Shown in pieces: positions 56,818 through 64,000 of a DNA stretch of 64,000 nt (positions are counted from its first letter, which is position 1; every line of letters begins with the position of its first letter). Origin of the DNA: Octopus sinensis. Its lineage: Eukaryota. The position numbers and the translations under genes are program-made. The stretch spans positions 1 to 64,000 of the forward strand of contig NW_021836144.1 in the NCBI RefSeq assembly GCF_006345805.1. Direction: 5' to 3'. A model generated the notes under the pieces. It did no database searches. It saw nothing but the letters and a program-made list of their open reading frames with translations, and was not told the DNA's origin.

Positions 56818-57193
56818 GTGCCATTCATACCATGGGCTCCTAGGAAGCGTTTGTTCGAAAAGCTTGCTGCGCATTTGTTTGGAGATTTAAGTTCCTGGAT
56901 TTTCCTGAAGAGAATGCTGCAAAATGGTCTCCTTATTCAATCCGAATTAGGGAATTTGCAGCCTTTGAAACATGTGTAGAAAATAATAAAAAGGAATTTT
57001 GTAAAATCTTCGTTCATCTCCATTTCTTCCCTCACTAAATATATAAAACTTCAATTATCCGCACTAAGGCACGGTTGCGATACCCCATGGTCGTAACCTC
57101 AACCGTGATTTTTCTGTTGTGATTTTTGCTACCCAGGTATCGGTTATAATTTGAATAATCCGTAACAAGATAATTCATTTATCCATTTCAATA

Positions 57194-57196
<3 letters not shown>
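56818..57196 (+). mobile_element. Young hammerhead-bearing retroelement fragment (Penelope-like pseudo-LTR or retrozyme)
   Basis: Retains CpGs in a CpG-depleted background, contains the hammerhead and ends at a (TA)n run. The class is inferred from the known association of minimal type I hammerheads with PLEs and retrozymes; no RT or GIY-YIG sequence is seen. Confidence 0.55.
56881..57011 (+). ncRNA. Type I hammerhead ribozyme (minimal, near-palindromic stem III)
   Basis: Stem I ATTTTC(56899-904)/GAAAAT(56979-984); core CTGAAGA(56905-911); stem II GAATGCTGCAAA/TTTGCAGCCTTT; GAAA(56967-970); stem III ACA-TG-TGT; GUA triplet with cleavage after 56978. Confidence 0.75.
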
Positions 57197-57236
<40 letters not shown>

Positions 57237-57479
57237 TTTCTGCTATAGGCACAAGACCTGAAATTTGGGGTTTGGGGGTAGATAGTCAATTACAGCAACC
57301 CCAGTATACAACTGGTAGTTTATTTTACCAACTATGAAAGGATGAAAGGCAAAGTCAACCTTTGCAGAATTTGAACTCAGAATGTGAAGACAGATGAAAT
57401 ACTGCTAAGCATTTTGCTCGGAGTGCTAACGATTCTACCAGCTCACCACCTTTATATGATATATATATTTCTTTTTAAT

Positions 57480-57850
57480 TTTTACTTGTTTCAGTCATTA
57501 GGCTGTGGCCATGCTGCTGGGGTATCAACTTGAAGAATTCTTTAGCCAAATGAATCAACCCCAGTACTTAATTTTTGTTAACTACCCCTCGGTATTTTTT
57601 GTTAAACTGTTAAGTTATGTGGACACAAACATACCAATATAAATGGTCAAGTGATGGTGGGGTACAAACAGAGATACAAACACACAGACACACACATGAT
57701 GAGCTCCTTTCAGCTTCTGTCAACCAAATTCATTCACAAGGATTTTGGTCAGTTAAGGCTATAGTTAAAGACACTTGCCCAAGCTGCTACACAGTCGGAC
57801 TGGACCTGAAACCATGTGGTTGGGAAGCAAGCTAATTACCACATAGCCAT
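57480..57850 (-). mobile_element. SINE family A (inverted); further inverted copies at about 46030-46270, 61230-61575 and 61795-62170
   Basis: tttacttgtttcagtcatt...accaaat(c/t)cactcacaagg...gacacttgccc reverse-complement motifs. Confidence 0.8.
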
Positions 57851-57879
57851 TCCTAATCTATATTTCTCTCTCTCTCTCA

Positions 57880-57914
<35 letters not shown>

Positions 57915-60899
57915 TATATTATACACACATACAATATCCATACATTTACATATATACAAATATGCACACACAGACACACACAGATATATGACTACATAAA
58001 TTTAACAATTGAAGAGTTTAGGGAATTTTTTTTTAAAGAATATTTTATCAAAGAAAGAATATATCAGCTTGTTGGACATTAAATCTTCTACTGTTGTTAT
58101 GCAGTACAAAACTTCTAATATTATTAGCAGGCCTAGGAGTTTTTGTCTAGAAAGCAAATGAACGACCATCTTGATTTAGATCAGTCCAATTTTTACAAGG
58201 GCAACATGAAAGTGTAAACCTCCCACTACTAAAGACTTGAATGCTTTATTGGAAACTCCACTCTAGTAATGAACAGTAATTAGTTGAAACTGTCTGGTGC
58301 TGGTGCCACATACAAAGCACTAATGATAGTGCCACAGAAAAAAGCATTGGTGTTAGTTCTACATGACAAGCACTGGTGCCACATAAGAAGCTCTGGTGCT
58401 ACATAAAAATCACTAGTGTTATGTAAAAAGCACTAGTGCTGGAGCCACATAGAAAGCACTCAGTACACTTTGTAATGTAGTTGGTGTTAGGAAAGCATCC
58501 AGCCATAGGAACCAAATCAAAACAGACTATGGATCTCGGTGTGGCCCCTGGCCTTGCCAGATCCTATCTTTAGTAACAAAGGTAGATGCTATAAAATTGG
58601 TAGAACTCCATGCAATTAACTGACTGGAGTTCAATGGTAAGTATTGAATTGTAGGAAGATATAAGATATTTTGCATTAATTAGACAGTACTTTAATTAGA
58701 CAGATTATTTGACAAATACATAGAAAGTTATGTTTTGATCAGAGGTGAAAAATAGGTGTTTTTTGAGTGTTTTTCAATGATACAAAGGTAGGTGATGAGA
58801 CACTTAAAACTGGCAAATGATTGGGCCTCTGTAACAGAAGTACTGGTGAAGGAGGTTTGCTACAGCAAAAGGAATTCACTACACTGATGTTAAAACAATG
58901 ATGAAAACTTCAGATACTTGAAGTGTAACTGATATTATAATTGCAAGAAATAAGATAGTAAAGCAATTGCAGGTGTTTTAAAAGGTTTGCAAAGCAGGAC
59001 AATTTAGATGAAAGAATGAAAAAGACACTCAGTCAGAGTAACTGGAAGTCTTTGCTGCTAATATTCAAGTGAGAAAGAAGAATGATGAGACTGGATTCTA
59101 TATATATTATAAATACAGATATGACATTTATAGTGAAGTTATAATATGATGTCTAGACTGGACACAAAGAAGAAAGTTAGAAAATGAGAGATCTGTGTCA
59201 TAAGAAGCAATAACATGGACTGTTTGACTCGCATTAATCATTGGTATGCTGCTCAGATTGCTATAATATCCCAAAATTTCAAATATAAAATTAGAGTTGC
59301 TATTTGGAGGGTTTCAGCTTAATGTTCCCAGATAATAAAACATCCATACTGGAACACATTGCATAAAGTAATAAACTAGACTACCATTGTTACCAAGTGA
59401 ACATCATAGTAGTAGTGAGGAATGGTTAACTCTTCAACCAGTAAAACTGGAACTGTATTGATTTAGCTTGTGGTGACTATAAAACCATGAAATATATTAT
59501 ATCTGGTTTAATTTCAGATAAATTATTTTGTATTCTTAAAGTACTTTAATTTTTTTTTTTTTTATAGTTTTTGCATCAATTTCATTTCTTTTACATCAAA
59601 CCCATTCTTATAATGAAAAATATCTAAGCTCAGTAAATTAAGATTATTTTATTCTAAATTGTTTTAGAGATATATTAATTTGAAGAGAGAGAGAGAGAGT
59701 GGGGAGAGAGTGTGTGAGAGAGTGTTTATGTAACTTAGAGTATGATTACATAAGAGACTATTTTTACAAGAGAAAAATAGTAAGAGTATTATGAGAAAGA
59801 AAGAGGTGTGTATGACAGACTGAGTTGGTGCTTATGTGTGCATGTGTGAAATAGTTTGAAGGAAAGGATATGTATGAGAAAGAGAGACTGTGTGTACAGG
59901 AAACAACGTTGGTGTGTAAGAGTAGAGGAGTGTGTGTATGAGAAATAATACATGTGCATTTGAGTGAATGCAAAAATGTGTGTGAGTGTCTAGGTGAGAG
60001 ATAGAAAGAAAGATCATATACATGAATTGCTTCATGTTCATCATGAAACAATGTGTTTTTGAGTGAATGAGAACATGCATGGATATGTGTGTATGTGTGT
60101 GTGTGTGTGTGTGTATGACTATATGTGTGTTTCAAATAGAATATGTATGTGTATTTGTGCTCTGCATGTGTATGTATGCAAGATTTTGTTAAACAATAGT
60201 TATGGAAATTTTAAAAAGTGACTAAAAGGTCAAACTTTTAGCAAATTTATTTTTAGGAAATTACAAAACTAACATATTTCCTTGCTCTTTTGGTTCACAA
60301 AAGCTTGTAATCTTTTGTTTCTTATGAAGCAAGTGAAGTAATTTTATAAAGTCTTCTAAATATTTTGAGAACAGGATGTGTGAGGAATTCAATCTTATTA
60401 ATATTTAAAATCTCATGTTAAATCAATTTTCTGTGCAGCACTATGTGTAGTGAATAATTTCAGATCTTCATTCTATAGAAGCTCTTTCAAGTAAACTGTT
60501 TTACAGATGGATATCCTAACCTATACTAATCACTTAATTACTGAGCTGATAAAGAGGTGCCTATATGCTTACTTAGCAAGCTAGAAATGGCAATGAAGTC
60601 TCCCTCAAATAACACTTTGCCATCATCAATTAGGAAAAGATACATTGGATAATGTAGTCCCAGATAACCTTAAAACAACAGAGTGTTTATGGCTGTATCA
60701 CCTTAGATTTTAAGTTAGCTCAATCAAGGCAGAATTGAGGTGAAACACAATTTAACTGTGTGTATTTTCAAATATTTCTATCAAGAAATCTTTACAGACA
60801 AACTGAAAATAACTCACCACCTAAGGTAGAATAAACTTATTGTATTCTGTTAGTTCAAGCTACTTTATATTTTCAGAATGAAACTCAGAAAATGGCGTA

Positions 60900-61228
60900 C
60901 AGTAATCACTTGCCATATCGCAGTTCACCTATTGTCCCCTCAGTACTTAAACAGTTACATACCTAACAATTAATAAAGATACAGTACAGTACTGCACTGT
61001 ATAACACAAGTAAAATATATTAAAAGAAAATACGTAGTGTACCATAGATGAGTAAATAAAGAATCGCACAGACTGTATAGAAAACAAAACTTGGGAGGCA
61101 AGTGTGTGGTGGTGTTTTGCATTTATAATAATAAACAAATTATGAAAATAATAAAACATACAGTACAGTACTATTTTTATTTTGCAGTGTTTCGGAATGT
61201 AACAACCATGTTAATCGAAGGATTACTG
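60900..61228. mobile_element. Tigger/pogo-like MITE
   Basis: TA|CAGTAATCACTTG ... CGAAGGATTACTG|TA: imperfect TIRs with a TA duplication. Confidence 0.65.
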
Positions 61229-62299
61229 TATATACTTTATCTGTTTCAGTCGTGGCCATGCTGGGGCACTGCCTTGAAGAATTTTTAGTCGGTTGAAATG
61301 ATCCCAGTACATTTTTTTTATAAATCCTGGTGCTTATTCTATTGACCTCTTTTGTTGAACCACTAAGTTATGGGGATATAAACACACCAATCGTCAAGCA
61401 GTAGTGGGAGACAAATACAAACGCACACACACACATATATATATCTACAATGGGCTTCTTTCAGTTTCCGTCAACCAAATCCACTCACAAGGCTTTGGTC
61501 AGCCCGAGGCTATAGTACAAGATACATGTTCAAGGTGCCACACAGTAGGATTGAACCTAAAACCAGTTGGCTGGGAAGTGAGAGCCATAGTCTCAAGGGA
61601 CTAATTACTTAGATACCGTAGCTTACACCCCTGACTCCCCAGAATGGAATGCCAGTCTGTCACAAGATTATTCATTTTTGCCAGATGAGTGAACCTGGGC
61701 AATGTGAAATTAAGTGTTTTCTCAAAAACACAATGTATTACCACTGAACCATGTGTCCCCATACACACACACACATGTATGTATACATATGCTTTATCTT
61801 TTACTTGCTTCAGTCATGAGACTGCAGCCATGCCGTGGCACTGCCAAGAAAAATTGTTTGTTGAATGAGTTGACTTCAGTACTTTGGTTTGCAATCCTGG
61901 TACTTATTCTATCAGTCGCTTTTGCCAAACTACTAAGTTACAGGGATGTCAACACACCAGCATCAGTTGTCAAGTGATGGTGGGGGACAGACACAAACAT
62001 GCAGACACACATACACACAACAGGTTTCTTTCAGTTTTCATCTACCAAATCTACTCACAAGGCTTTGGTTGACTCAAGGCTATAGAAGAAGACACTTGCC
62101 CTAGGTGCTAGGCAGTGGGACTGAACCCAGAACAATGGTTGGGGAGCAAGCTTCTTACCACACAACCATTGCACATATGTGCTAAGGTAATGTAATTATA
62201 ATTACAAAGGAGATGTAATTAGTAGTTAACCATGGAGGAAGATGTTCTGCAAACAATTAGCCAGAGTAAAAGCAAGGTAAAAATCTTTCAGGGAATTAT

Positions 62300-62720
62300 T
62301 ACCTTTGCAAGTTACAAAGGAATTATTTCACAATGTGAAAGGCAGATTGTATAACGCTTGTATATGAAGTGTAATGTTGCAAGTAATGAGAAATGGTTAG
62401 TGAATGTGCAACCAAGGCAAAAACTAGAAAGAAATGAGGCAAGTATGTTCCACTGGATGACTAATGTGCATGGACAACAGAGCATGAATATGCCGAGAGA
62501 AGAAATGGAAATGAGTGGAATCAGATGCAGTGAACCAAAGAGAAGATTAAGCTGTTGCAAACATGAGATGCGTATGAAAGATGAAAGTTTTTTAAAGTAA
62601 TGCCAAGTGACCCATGTAGAAGGAATCTCTGTGACAGAGAAAGACTAATAAAAATATAGGAAGAATTTTCAAAAGAGGATCATAAGAGACAACCTCACGA
62701 AAAGAAATGAGAAAGACTGC
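62300..62720 (+). mobile_element. RTE-clade LINE 3' ORF relic
   Basis: ORF 62358-62600 KLERNEASMFHWMTNVHGQQS...EMSGIRCS. Confidence 0.7.
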
Positions 62721-64000
62721 AACAAGGGGCAAGACAGTGCAGGAAAGGACATTGCAAACAATGTAATGATGGAAAACAGTTGTGATATGATGATCTTTCT
62801 TTCCCCACCACACATACATGTGTGTGAGCATGCGCATGTGTGTGTATTATTATTATTATTATTATTATTAAAATGAAATGAAACAAGGGGTGTAACACAA
62901 CACTTATGAATTTTGAATTGAAGAATGACAAAATATCAACAGTGGGACTTGAACAATTATTAATTATTTAATTCATGTCTTAATCACACAACAACCATAA
63001 TTGATCATATTTGAAGGTCATATGTTGTTTTAAAAGCAGAGAAAATTATTCATATCTTGTGATTCCATGCCAATAGCAAAGCATTCAGTTCTACCAAGAA
63101 AGGCCTTTCAAGAATGACATAGCAGCTTGAATGAAGTGAATAAGGAAATTTTTATTGAGAAATATGCTTAATGAATGATGGATGACAATGAATATGCAGA
63201 GACACACGCATATATAAAAATAGCAGTATACATGAGTGTAAAAGTCTGTACAATATGCAAATGCATACATTTTAAAATATAAGCCAATATGGAGAAACAG
63301 ATGTTGTGCAATTTCTATTTTTGCAAGTGCTGCTGGTAATGACATAAACGCTGTTGGTGATGAAACATTATTTCATTCCACTTCTATTAACACAATTTAT
63401 GGGAAAAGAAATATTGATTCTTAAGTTATTCTAAATGACACAAAAATAGAATAAATGCATAAATAAAAATCACAAAAGAAACCAATAATTTTTTTATATA
63501 AAATAATCAATTAAAGAAAGAAAGAATTTAAGAATTGTTGAAAAGAAAAAGGAAAATAAAGTAAGAATTAAATAAAAGGAAAGAAAAGGAGGGTGATACA
63601 GAATAGGAATTGAACATCTATATATAAATACCCTGAAATAAAATAAATATTAGAAAACAGCGAAAGAAAAAGGACAAACAGTTAGAAAAATAAAAACTCA
63701 ATAATTCTCTAAAAAAAAAAAAAAATATACACATTGATATACAGAGCAAATAAATTGGAAATCTTAATTGAATTTGTTCAGGTTTGTAAACTTTCAGCAA
63801 CTGGTCATTCATCTTAAAATGTTCTTTGTGCTATGATGACTTGAAACTTAATGCAGAATAGCATTCTTTTCACAGGATATCACGACAGACTCTTCAAGAA
63901 CAATATTAAAATGCATACAGAAAAATACAGTCCTGTTTATGATTGTCAATGCATACTGAGGCAATCAGACACACACACAGGGAAACAGATATACTCAGTA

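Noticed and set aside
339-63812. The bulk of the ORF track (60-200 aa, often TTG/GTG starts, HT/CV/IY/SL-rich)
   Set aside because: These are translations of microsatellites, SINEs and low-complexity DNA with no domain-like content or splice support.

Overview
This is AT-rich, CpG-depleted animal genomic DNA, almost certainly from an octopus (coleoid cephalopod). That call is an inference from composition and the recurring tRNA-headed SINEs resembling the octopus OK/OR types. There are no prokaryotic features, and nearly all ORFs in the supplied track are spurious or are retroelement fragments. The one convincing host exon (43648-43760, minus strand) encodes the start of an Ig domain of the Lachesin/DIP/Dpr/IgLON type. 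I could not find its next exon by eye, so most of the window is probably intron of a large neural adhesion gene. The rest is layered mobile DNA: two SINE families, RTE, CR1 and R4/Dong-like LINE fragments, TTAA piggyBac-type MITEs, a decayed piggyBac transposase missed by the ORF track, a young Helitron, Helentron/DINE-like elements and a Tigger-like MITE. The best-supported surprise is a complete type I hammerhead ribozyme fold at 56881-57011. It lies in a young element (Penelope-like pLTR or retrozyme) fused to a 175-bp copy of nearby host DNA. More speculative items are a PKA-inhibitor-like motif (GRSGRRNAI) that can be hand-spliced into a 65-aa ORF antisense to the Ig gene, and a hairpin-masked CAG|GTAAG candidate recursive splice site. 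All alignments were made by eye; no searches were run.
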